A stretch of DNA of 64,000 nt from Spirochaetaceae bacterium. GTDB taxonomy: Bacteria; Spirochaetota; Spirochaetia; DSM-2461. The position numbers were made by a program, and so were the translations under genes. The stretch spans positions 256,001-320,000 of the forward strand of contig JAOPTT010000009.1 of assembly GCA_051531975.1 (NCBI GenBank). The letters are read 5' to 3'. The notes below the pieces were generated by a model. It was not told where the DNA came from. It did not search any database and saw nothing but the letters and a program-made list of their open reading frames with translations. Positions 19,659-28,280 of the stretch are shown piece by piece. Every line of letters begins with the position of its first letter. The first letter of the stretch is position 1.

Positions 19659-20170
19659 TATCTGATGGAATCTGCTGTTTCCTTTGCAAGTGTAACATAT
19701 TTCTCCGCACTTAGTTTTATCTGTTCATACTGCTCATCTGTAACAGTTTTAATAGCTCTACCTGGATTCCCGATAATTAATGATCGCGCAGGATAAACCT
19801 TTCCCTTTGTTACCAATGTTCCAGCACCGACAATAGAACCTTCTCCTATTTCAGCATTATCCAGGACAATAGAACCCATACCTATTAGACATCTATTTCC
19901 TATTGTACATGCATGAATAACAGCATTGTGACCAACGGTTACATCATCTCCAATTATAGTTGGGGAATCTTTACTTACATGAACAGTTGCATTGTCCTGT
20001 ATATTCGTTCTTTTCCCTATACTTATAGATGCAACATCCCCCCGGACAGTAACTCCGAACCATATTGAAACATTTTCTGCCAATAATACATCTCCAATTA
20101 TGAAACAGCCTGGTGCTTCAAGGGCAATATTATTTAAACAGGGTTTTTTCTCTTTGTATTTTAACTGCAT
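19658..20170 (-). CDS. Gamma carbonic anhydrase-family hexapeptide-repeat protein (YrdA/CaiE/PaaY-like)
   Basis: IIGDV, VRGD, NIQDN, TVGHNAVIHACTIG; ATG 20170 with GGAG RBS. Confidence 0.9.
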   Translation of the reverse strand: MQLKYKEKKPCLNNIALEAPGCFIIGDVLLAENVSIWFGVTVRGDVASISIGKRTNIQDNATVHVSKDSPTIIGDDVTVGHNAVIHACTIGNRCLIGMGSIVLDNAEIGEGSIVGAGTLVTKGKVYPARSLIIGNPGRAIKTVTDEQYEQIKLSAEKYVTLAKETADSIR

Positions 20171-20277
20171 AATCGCTCCAATTATTTTAAGTTTAACAGA
20201 TCTATGCTTTTTATAGCAACAAACCATTTTTATATCTTTACATAAATTTCATTCAATGTTAACTTAAATTAGAATAC

Positions 20278-20298
20278 TTATTTACCTTAAGTAACTAA
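20278..20298. promoter_or_regulatory. Putative ROK-repressor operator 3
   Basis: TTATTTAC-cttaa-GTAACTAA upstream of the AGGAGG RBS of the cupin gene. Confidence 0.75.
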
Positions 20299-20318
20299 AG
20301 GCAGGAGGGGAGAGTAAC

Positions 20319-21080
20319 ATGGAAGAAATTTTAGATGCAACTAAACATAATGCTATAGAAAGCAGTTGTTTACTTAGTGAAGTATTTAACCAAAATAGTT
20401 CAAATTTAGACTGGCTAGCACTATCTGATATGAGAATTCAGAATAATAGATCTGCAGAGATCTCGTATAAAAACGAAGAGACATTAATTGTAAACCTTGA
20501 CGGGAATGTTCATGTATATGTTGATGGTGTTGACTACTTAGTAAAACATTACGATATGTTATATATCCCAATAGATACACCTTTTTCTGTTGAACAACAT
20601 GGTGAGGAAGAAGCTCATTTATATCTTTACAGAGCAACTGGTGATGTTAAATATGTAACTTACCACGCTGACTATGAAGCTTGTAAAAAAGATGAAGAGA
20701 GAATTAGATACTTAAATAAAAAAGTAGTATATAAAATGTTCGATGTAACTGAAAAAGCTAATAAGTTTATGGTTGGTTATACATTCTACGAATCAAGAAC
20801 TAGAGCTTGGCCTCCACATAACCACACAGACCAAGAAGAAGTTTACAGCTTTATTGAAGGTAATGGTGCAATGGAAGTTTATGCAGATGACGAAAACAAA
20901 ACTTTTGTTTCTTCTGTATCAGTGGGGGATCATATTACAATTCCTATACTTAACTATCACCCTGTTTTTAGTCACGATGAGCCATTATGTTTTATCTGGT
21001 GTATTTCTGGTGAGAGATACTGGGTTGGAGATAAAAATAAGGACTTCATGACTGCAAAAGTTGATAAGTTAACAACATAA
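20319..21080 (+). CDS. KduI/IolB-family bicupin isomerase (candidate SQ isomerase)
   Basis: WPPHNH..QEEVY...GDHITIP..NYHPV matches the IolB/KduI metal-binding cupin pattern. Confidence 0.75.
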   Translation: MEEILDATKHNAIESSCLLSEVFNQNSSNLDWLALSDMRIQNNRSAEISYKNEETLIVNLDGNVHVYVDGVDYLVKHYDMLYIPIDTPFSVEQHGEEEAHLYLYRATGDVKYVTYHADYEACKKDEERIRYLNKKVVYKMFDVTEKANKFMVGYTFYESRTRAWPPHNHTDQEEVYSFIEGNGAMEVYADDENKTFVSSVSVGDHITIPILNYHPVFSHDEPLCFIWCISGERYWVGDKNKDFMTAKVDKLTT

Positions 21081-21148
21081 ATACAAAACAAATCAGGAGA
21101 AATTGGTGTTAGAACAGCTCCACAAAATATGGAGCTGTAAACCGTTAT

Positions 21149-22051
21149 TTAACTCAATACTATATTTAAATTCCATACCTTTTTTTGATATGGTTTTAAG
21201 GTGGATTCTACACCCTGTTTCTCCGATGCCCCTGGGCTATCCATTGGTGCTGTTGCAGGTTCTAGCGCAATATTATACTGATTATTCCAGCCTCCATTGT
21301 TTATCCAAAAACCTAACCAGGGTAGGGATGTTTCAGAAAATATCATCTCTAAAGTTCCTCTTTTGTCCTTTAGACCACAATACCCCTCCTGTAGTGGTTC
21401 CCCAGAGTAAAATTTGAAGCAGGAATTAGCAGGCAGATTAAATGGTTTAAAGAGTGGAACACTTTTTTCTATTACTCCAGATCCGTCTGTATCATGTACC
21501 CGGTTTAAGCTTCCTAATATACCACCATTCATGGCCTGCCTAATGGATTTTAACCCTTTAGGCAGTAGAACCTTAGTATCCTCAAAAAAACTAAATAGAG
21601 GATGGGGAGTCCAAAGTGAAGGTAAAGAAACTGATGACAGATTTTCCACTGAGTAATGAATATGAATTTCATTAGATAATAGCTGAATCTTTCTCTTAAA
21701 AATATAAGGTAGAAGTTCACCTTTAACAGCCATCCCTAGGGAGGTATTATCAGAGTCGATGACTGTCCACTTTTTACTCCATAACTCACCATGATCAGGT
21801 AGTTCAATCGGTTTATTCAGTATGCCAGGGATAATTTCTCTGTTAATTGTTGGAAACATCTCATCAAATCCAAAAGCATCTGTTTTTCCAAAAACACTAG
21901 GGATCGATTCCTTATTATCCTTTGATGAATCTTGATACAACCATTCACATTTTTTAGATTTATTAAATATAGAACTGATTTTACCCCCCCGGGAGGGTAG
22001 AACTTCTACTCTAATTTCATCGTTTTCTAATATAATGATCCCTGTTTTCAT
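21149..22051 (-). CDS. Aldose-1-epimerase/galactose-mutarotase-like protein
   Basis: GFDEMFPT, PDHGELW, WTPHP, IALEP; ATGA overlap with upstream gene. Confidence 0.75.
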   Translation of the reverse strand: MKTGIIILENDEIRVEVLPSRGGKISSIFNKSKKCEWLYQDSSKDNKESIPSVFGKTDAFGFDEMFPTINREIIPGILNKPIELPDHGELWSKKWTVIDSDNTSLGMAVKGELLPYIFKRKIQLLSNEIHIHYSVENLSSVSLPSLWTPHPLFSFFEDTKVLLPKGLKSIRQAMNGGILGSLNRVHDTDGSGVIEKSVPLFKPFNLPANSCFKFYSGEPLQEGYCGLKDKRGTLEMIFSETSLPWLGFWINNGGWNNQYNIALEPATAPMDSPGASEKQGVESTLKPYQKKVWNLNIVLS

Positions 22052-25000
22052 AAAAGCCCTATCTGGTGACAAATATCTTTTTCAAGTATCTCTTTTTTTA
22101 GTGATTCAAACTCTTTTTGGTTTTCCAGACCTTCATATCCCAGTGCCATAATATATTTTGCCTGTAGATCTCTTCTTAATGTTATATCATCTTCAAATAC
22201 CAGTAATAATGGTAGCGATGTAGCAAAATAATCAATCTCAGCTCTCTCTTTAAGTTGTTTTTCACCATAACTTATCATCTGCCTATAAAGGTTTTCAGCT
22301 TCAATATTATGACCTAATTCAGTCATTGATTTTGCTGTATAATAAGAGTTTTCACTAATATCTTGAACCTCCATAGAGCTAAAATCACCTTTTATTTCAC
22401 TACTTTTTTTAAAAAATATGTCACTTTTATCTTTATCTCCAGCAGCCTTGTATGTAAGACCTAAGTAAAAGAAAATATAACTCTGGTTCTGTAGGGGATG
22501 CCAACTCTCTCCAAGATTTTCTGGGATAGTTAGTATACTGTTAAAGTGGTTAATAGCTTTTTTATAATCCCTGTTTTTTAATGCAACTTTTCCTAAAATA
22601 AGGTGAGAAGTAGCCCATGAACCAACAACCTGTCCTTCGCCACCTTCCCAGGGATGGAACTGTCTTGAATTAAGGATTTTTAGAACTTTGTCACACTCTT
22701 CTGTTAAATTGTATAAGTTGGTTATCTCAATTACCAGGTCATCCCTTTCTGTTATTAAGTTATAGTTTTCCAGGAGAAACTCTTTTCTTAATTGTATAGA
22801 AATGTTCATTTTCTTTTTAAGCTGATCAAGTTCAAAAAGTACCCGTCCGTCATTAGGTGCAAGAGTAAATGCTTTGTTATAATATTTTAATGCTTTCTCT
22901 GGGTTTTCTTCAAAGTTAAAATACGCAATCCCTAAGTTTCTGTATACTACTGAAAGTTTTGATCCCCTAGTTTCAGCCATCTCCCAGCAATTAATAGCGT
23001 CGGATTTTCTTTTTTTATCATAAAGAAGATTCCCAAGATAATATGGAGCATTAAAATCACTGTTATTTGTAGTTATAACCCAGTTTAGTATGTCGTACTC
23101 AAAAGCTGTTGAAGGGAAAAAGTGGGTTGGGTCCTGTTGTGATGCAACCCTAAGATCACTCTCAAACTCTCTATTTAATATATTTTTTACCATAGCCATT
23201 GTGTAATATGGCAGGGGAGATTTGTTCTGTTTAGAAAGTATTAAATAACCTTCAAGTATAAACTCTGCCTCTTTATATAATCCTGCAGAAATATAATCTG
23301 CTGCTGTATCAATATAGTTATTTTCACAACCCCTCATTAATTTTAAGACAATTTCCTGGTGTTCTTTAAGTTTATTAGAATCATTAAGTTTCTCAAAAAT
23401 AAACAGTAATTCGTTATGTGCCATAAGAAATAGTTTGTCTTTTTTAATAATATCAAGGCAGATGTTAAGTGCTTCATTATATTTGCCTATATTTCTTAAA
23501 ACAGCAGCTTTTAGTGTCCATGCCTTAAAATTATCATAATTGTAGTTAATGGACTGGTCCAAATGTTCCAGTGCAGAACCTATATTATTATTTTTTATAT
23601 CCAGAAGTGCAACTTCAAAATAACCTGCAGATCTCCATGCATAGTTCCAGGTGGATTTATAAAATGCGGCATAAGCATCTCTGTTTTTGTTTTGTTTTTT
23701 TAGAGCCAAACCTAAACCGTAAAAAGCTTCACCATCTATAGGGTTTGGGTGTTTTGAAGTTAAGCGCTCTATTGCACTTCTAAAATATGTTTCAGCAAGT
23801 TTATATTCAAATCTACTAAGATGGTATTGTCCCATTGCTGTATTACATCGGATATCTCCAGGATCTCTTCTTAATGCCTCTTTCCAATAATCCTCTGGGT
23901 ATCTGGTTGGGTGACGATACTGGTTAAGATGCTCTCCAGCAAGGTAGAGATCTTCTGTACTTTCAAGATCTTTAGGTTCCGGTGTCTCTTTAGCTGCCTC
24001 GGGAAGTTCTTCAATACCTTTATTATTATTAATTGTATATTCTATAAGCTTTTTCCCATCAAAAGAGATTAGTTTTATTGAAAGACCTTCAGGATCAGAG
24101 TTAAATGGTATCTCTGATGTGAACGGTTTTCCAGGTTCTAATTCAGCTTTAAACGAGTCTAACTTCTCCCCTTTATAAGAGATAATAATTTGGGCATTGT
24201 GTAGTTGGGATGTGCAACAAACTCCGGTTTTAACTGTTCCATTTTCATAACTAAGATGAACTGCGCCAAATAGATTTGCCTGGTGTGCTATACCAATACC
24301 CTGTATAGGAAACCATGTTTGTGTAAATGTTTTAGTCTCTCCTGGCATTAGGTAGGTAAAATCCGGTTGATTATTGGTATAGACCCCTGCCATTAGTTCC
24401 ACATATGGACCATTATCATCAGTTAAGTTTTTATCCCAGTTCCAACCAAACTCAGAATTACCCCATGTCCACTGTTTTTTACCAGGTGAAATATGTCTAT
24501 TTGCAACATGAACAAATCCACCTTCTTGCTTAAAGTCATAACCTCCAAAAAACTCACCTTCGGTCTCTACAACCATGTAGCTTGTTGGTACTGGTATGTT
24601 TTTATATCTAGAAATGTCTGTCCCAGGGGCATAATCAATTCCATAATAAATATCTTTCGCCAAAGGGAATTCACTCATTGCCCGGGCAGCATGGTCAGCA
24701 ACATAGTTAACATCAGGGGGGAAAAATGACTGATATTCATCGTGTACCTCGGCTGCTACATTTGCCCACCAGAGGAAAGTTTTAATATCCTCAGTTCTGT
24801 TATATAGACGTACTTTTGCCTGCAGTACTGAACTATCAGGTTTAAGGGATAGACCTATCATCCCCTTCATTCTTTCCATAGGATCATGGTCGCTTAACCA
24901 GACAGTTTTTGTCCCATCACTCTCGATTTCAAATGTATATTCAACAGGCATATATGTACCGGGTCTATGATGTTGGGGCCAGTTGAATTCTACTCCACCT

Positions 25001-25386
25001 GAGAGCCATGGACCAGCTAGACCAACAAGTGCTGGTTTTATTACGTCATTCCTGTAAAAGAAATCGTAGTTATTGTTTGTTTTATCCTGACCGATTTGAA
25101 TCCGGCCTCCAAGCTCTGGTAGTATTATAAAACGTACATAGTCATTTTCGAGAAATATTCCGTCATACTCTTTATCTATTTTGTCGTCGGATACTTTATC
25201 AATATATGGGATAGGATAGACTTTTCCACAACTTCCCTGATATACCCTTTTTTCAAAGAACATAGGATTATGTTCAGCTTCTCCGACCTCGTATGTTGGT
25301 ATAGAAATTTTGCTATTCCACAATTTTACCGATTCATTTTTTTGCTCTGCCGGTACATTAAAAATATATGGTGATTTAGTTTCCAT
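22048..25386 (-). CDS. DUF5107-domain tetratricopeptide-repeat protein (E. coli YphG-like)
   Basis: RVYQGSCGKVYP, IKPALVGLAGPWLSGGVEFNWPQHHRP, SPGKKQWTWG, FHPWEGGEG; C-terminal TPR-like helices. Confidence 0.85.
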   Translation of the reverse strand: METKSPYIFNVPAEQKNESVKLWNSKISIPTYEVGEAEHNPMFFEKRVYQGSCGKVYPIPYIDKVSDDKIDKEYDGIFLENDYVRFIILPELGGRIQIGQDKTNNNYDFFYRNDVIKPALVGLAGPWLSGGVEFNWPQHHRPGTYMPVEYTFEIESDGTKTVWLSDHDPMERMKGMIGLSLKPDSSVLQAKVRLYNRTEDIKTFLWWANVAAEVHDEYQSFFPPDVNYVADHAARAMSEFPLAKDIYYGIDYAPGTDISRYKNIPVPTSYMVVETEGEFFGGYDFKQEGGFVHVANRHISPGKKQWTWGNSEFGWNWDKNLTDDNGPYVELMAGVYTNNQPDFTYLMPGETKTFTQTWFPIQGIGIAHQANLFGAVHLSYENGTVKTGVCCTSQLHNAQIIISYKGEKLDSFKAELEPGKPFTSEIPFNSDPEGLSIKLISFDGKKLIEYTINNNKGIEELPEAAKETPEPKDLESTEDLYLAGEHLNQYRHPTRYPEDYWKEALRRDPGDIRCNTAMGQYHLSRFEYKLAETYFRSAIERLTSKHPNPIDGEAFYGLGLALKKQNKNRDAYAAFYKSTWNYAWRSAGYFEVALLDIKNNNIGSALEHLDQSINYNYDNFKAWTLKAAVLRNIGKYNEALNICLDIIKKDKLFLMAHNELLFIFEKLNDSNKLKEHQEIVLKLMRGCENNYIDTAADYISAGLYKEAEFILEGYLILSKQNKSPLPYYTMAMVKNILNREFESDLRVASQQDPTHFFPSTAFEYDILNWVITTNNSDFNAPYYLGNLLYDKKRKSDAINCWEMAETRGSKLSVVYRNLGIAYFNFEENPEKALKYYNKAFTLAPNDGRVLFELDQLKKKMNISIQLRKEFLLENYNLITERDDLVIEITNLYNLTEECDKVLKILNSRQFHPWEGGEGQVVGSWATSHLILGKVALKNRDYKKAINHFNSILTIPENLGESWHPLQNQSYIFFYLGLTYKAAGDKDKSDIFFKKSSEIKGDFSSMEVQDISENSYYTAKSMTELGHNIEAENLYRQMISYGEKQLKERAEIDYFATSLPLLLVFEDDITLRRDLQAKYIMALGYEGLENQKEFESLKKEILEKDICHQIGLL

Positions 25387-25514
25387 TAGTATCCTCCAAA
25401 TAGAACTTTGTCTTCTTCTATATATAGTAGGCCGTATTTCTTAAAAAACAATGGAGGAAATTATCTTAAAACTGGACTATCTTATGAAATTATTATATTT
25501 TTATACTTTATTAT

Positions 25515-26423
25515 ATGCAAAAGATGTCTTATATTATGTTTATGGAGAAATATCAAATAGATGGGTTTTTTAATCAGAGGTTAATTGTAATCCCAAATAA
25601 AATAAAAGAATCTTTACAGTCCGAAGTACTTTATAGAAGGTTATATATTACTGATATAGGATTTTTTCCAAAGGTGGCAACACATAGGAGAGATAGAGAG
25701 AAGGGTGTTTCCCAGCATATTTGTATCTACTGTGTTAAAGGTGAAGGATGGATTAAAACCGTCGAGGGAATAAAAAAAATATCGGAGAAAGAAATCCTGA
25801 TTATCCCCCAAAACACACCTCATAGTTATGGGTCATCACAGGATAATCCATGGAGTATATACTGGTTCCACTTCTCGGGAGAGGACTCTATCCAATATTT
25901 TAAAGATCAGAATCATATAATAATTAAAAAATTACAGGTGAATAATGAACTGAATTTTATCGAAATATTTGACCGAATATACCTGTCCCTTGAGAAGGGG
26001 TATAACAGGGGGAATATGATTATAGTTTCTGGGCTTTTTAGTTATCTATTATCCCTTATTTTTTTCTCAGGAAATAGAGATGAGTATAAACTTGATAAAA
26101 ATGGAGAGATAGTAGATAAAAGTATAGAATATATGCGGAATCATCTGAATAGCCAATTAACATTGAAGCAGATGGCTTCCTATGTTAACTACTCAATACC
26201 ACACTTTTGTGGCATATTTAAGCAAAAAACAGGACATTCTCCAATTCATTATTTTCTACAGTTAAAAGTTCAGAAAGCCTGCCTACTATTGGATACTACT
26301 CTGGATAATATATCAGAAATAAGTCGTACTCTAGGATTTGAAGATCCCTACTACTTCTCAAGAGTATTCAGTAAAATAATGGGTAATTCACCAAGAACTT
26401 ATAGAAAAATAAAGAAGGGGTAA
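25515..26423 (+). CDS. AraC-family transcriptional regulator (true start may be ATG 25542)
   Basis: Cupin PHSYGS..PWSIYWFHF and HTH GFEDPYYFSRVF. Confidence 0.93.
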   Translation: MQKMSYIMFMEKYQIDGFFNQRLIVIPNKIKESLQSEVLYRRLYITDIGFFPKVATHRRDREKGVSQHICIYCVKGEGWIKTVEGIKKISEKEILIIPQNTPHSYGSSQDNPWSIYWFHFSGEDSIQYFKDQNHIIIKKLQVNNELNFIEIFDRIYLSLEKGYNRGNMIIVSGLFSYLLSLIFFSGNRDEYKLDKNGEIVDKSIEYMRNHLNSQLTLKQMASYVNYSIPHFCGIFKQKTGHSPIHYFLQLKVQKACLLLDTTLDNISEISRTLGFEDPYYFSRVFSKIMGNSPRTYRKIKKG

Positions 26424-26435
26424 ATTCAAAATATA

Positions 26436-28280
26436 TTAGTCTTTATTTTCTAAATCTTTATCTTGAGCAATTGGTAATAGAATCGTAAAAACTGTATATT
26501 TTCCAGGTATACTTTGCACTGAAATATCCCCATTGTAGGATTCAACAATATGTTGACATATAGATAATCCTAAACCAGTATTTGTTTTTGTAACCTTAGT
26601 ACTATAAAAGGGAAGAAAAATATGATCCTGAATCTCACTTGGAATACCATGGCCATTATCCATAATTTCAATTTTTATATATTGTTCAATTTTATTTACT
26701 GATATTTGGGAAGTCTTTATAGTAATTTCACCACCAATAAGAACAGCTTCTGTTGCATTATACAGAAGGTTTATGAAAAGTTGCTTAAGTTTATTTTCAT
26801 GTCCTTCTAAAAATAGTGACTTACTTTTAAAAGATTTTTTAAGTGTTATTTTTCTTTTTTGAAAGCGGTGCCCTATTAGGGTTGCAACTTCTTCAAGAAG
26901 GGCATTTATATCTAGAGTCATCATAGGTCTAACAGCTACTCTAGAAAAAGACAGAAGGCTATTAATTGTTTCAACTATTCTAGTTAGTTCTGATTGAATC
27001 TTATCTACGCAATCAATAGAATCTTCATTTAGTTTTTCCATTTGAAGCAGGTCTAGGTAGTTTTGAATAATGCTTAAAGGGTTATTTACTTCATGGGCAA
27101 CACCTGCTGCCATCTCAGCAGTTGAAACAAACTTTTCGGCCTGCTGAAGATATTTTTGTGTCTCATAATCGACGGAAATATCTTCTAAGAACAATAACGT
27201 TCCCTGAGCGATATCCTTATCCTCACCAAGAGGGGACACCCGTATTTTTAATAACTTTTTATCTCCGAATTTTAATTTTTGCCACAATTCACTTTTTCGG
27301 TTTTTAATAGCGGCCAGAATATCATCACTTTTCTCAAGAGATAGTTTTTTAATATAATCAATTAATAGAGTATCTTTTATCTCTTCAGGTTTACATTCAA
27401 GAATTCTAGACGCAGCTAAATTAATATCTTGAATCTCATTTGTAGGTGAAATTATCATGAGTCCCTGGGGTATGTCGTTTATAATCCTTTTATCATACCT
27501 AGATATAAGCAGTGCTTTATTATTAACAGGAGTTTTTTCATAACCTTTATCTACAGCAAAGTTAAATGCAAGATTCATAAGTCTGGTTCTATTCACGAGA
27601 TTAACATCTTCTGTTCCTCGGCGGTGACCATTATGCATTATTGTAACTCTATCGGCTATTTGGAAAATCTCATCAATATTTGATGTTACATATATAATTC
27701 CCATTTTCTTATTACGACACATCCTTAAAAGTCTGTAAATATGTTCCTGCTGTTCTGGAGTTGTTCGTTGGGATATCTCGTCTAGAATAAGTATATCATC
27801 ACCACGGCCTAAAACCCGCATAAATGAGAGAACCTGTCTTCTTGAGAATGTAAGATCTGAAACCTTTGTTAGTGGATCTTCATCAAAACCATACTTTATA
27901 AAAAGTTCCTTGCACTCCTTTAAAAGCGCTCTTTTTTTAGTAGGTAACATAATGCCTGGGAAGCGCCCTATATATATGTTATCTAAAAGGGTTCCTGTAG
28001 TAATCACCTCATCATTTTGATATAACATCCCGATTCCATACTGGTGTGATAAAGAGGGAGTTAAACCTGTAACTATTTCCCCTTTTATTTTTATAACTCC
28101 ATCCTGGGCTGTATTATATCCACTTAAAAGTTTTACCAAGGATGATTTTCCTGAACCGTGATCACCTATTATAGCGTGAATTTCTCCAGGGTATAGATCA
28201 AAATCAATACCTTTAAGGGCGGTGAGGTTTCCATAAGAGTAATGAATGTTTCGCATTTTTACTAATGGATCTTTGTTCAT
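26436..28280 (-). CDS. ABC-ATPase-like domain / PAS / histidine kinase fusion protein
   Basis: N-terminal ~240 aa sugar-ABC NBD (Walker A GDHGSGKS, ILILDE); central PAS-like region; H-box AAGVAHEVNNPL, N-box QLFINLLYNA, DNGHG, F-box, TGLGLS; no TM segment. Confidence 0.9.
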   Translation of the reverse strand: MNKDPLVKMRNIHYSYGNLTALKGIDFDLYPGEIHAIIGDHGSGKSSLVKLLSGYNTAQDGVIKIKGEIVTGLTPSLSHQYGIGMLYQNDEVITTGTLLDNIYIGRFPGIMLPTKKRALLKECKELFIKYGFDEDPLTKVSDLTFSRRQVLSFMRVLGRGDDILILDEISQRTTPEQQEHIYRLLRMCRNKKMGIIYVTSNIDEIFQIADRVTIMHNGHRRGTEDVNLVNRTRLMNLAFNFAVDKGYEKTPVNNKALLISRYDKRIINDIPQGLMIISPTNEIQDINLAASRILECKPEEIKDTLLIDYIKKLSLEKSDDILAAIKNRKSELWQKLKFGDKKLLKIRVSPLGEDKDIAQGTLLFLEDISVDYETQKYLQQAEKFVSTAEMAAGVAHEVNNPLSIIQNYLDLLQMEKLNEDSIDCVDKIQSELTRIVETINSLLSFSRVAVRPMMTLDINALLEEVATLIGHRFQKRKITLKKSFKSKSLFLEGHENKLKQLFINLLYNATEAVLIGGEITIKTSQISVNKIEQYIKIEIMDNGHGIPSEIQDHIFLPFYSTKVTKTNTGLGLSICQHIVESYNGDISVQSIPGKYTVFTILLPIAQDKDLENKD

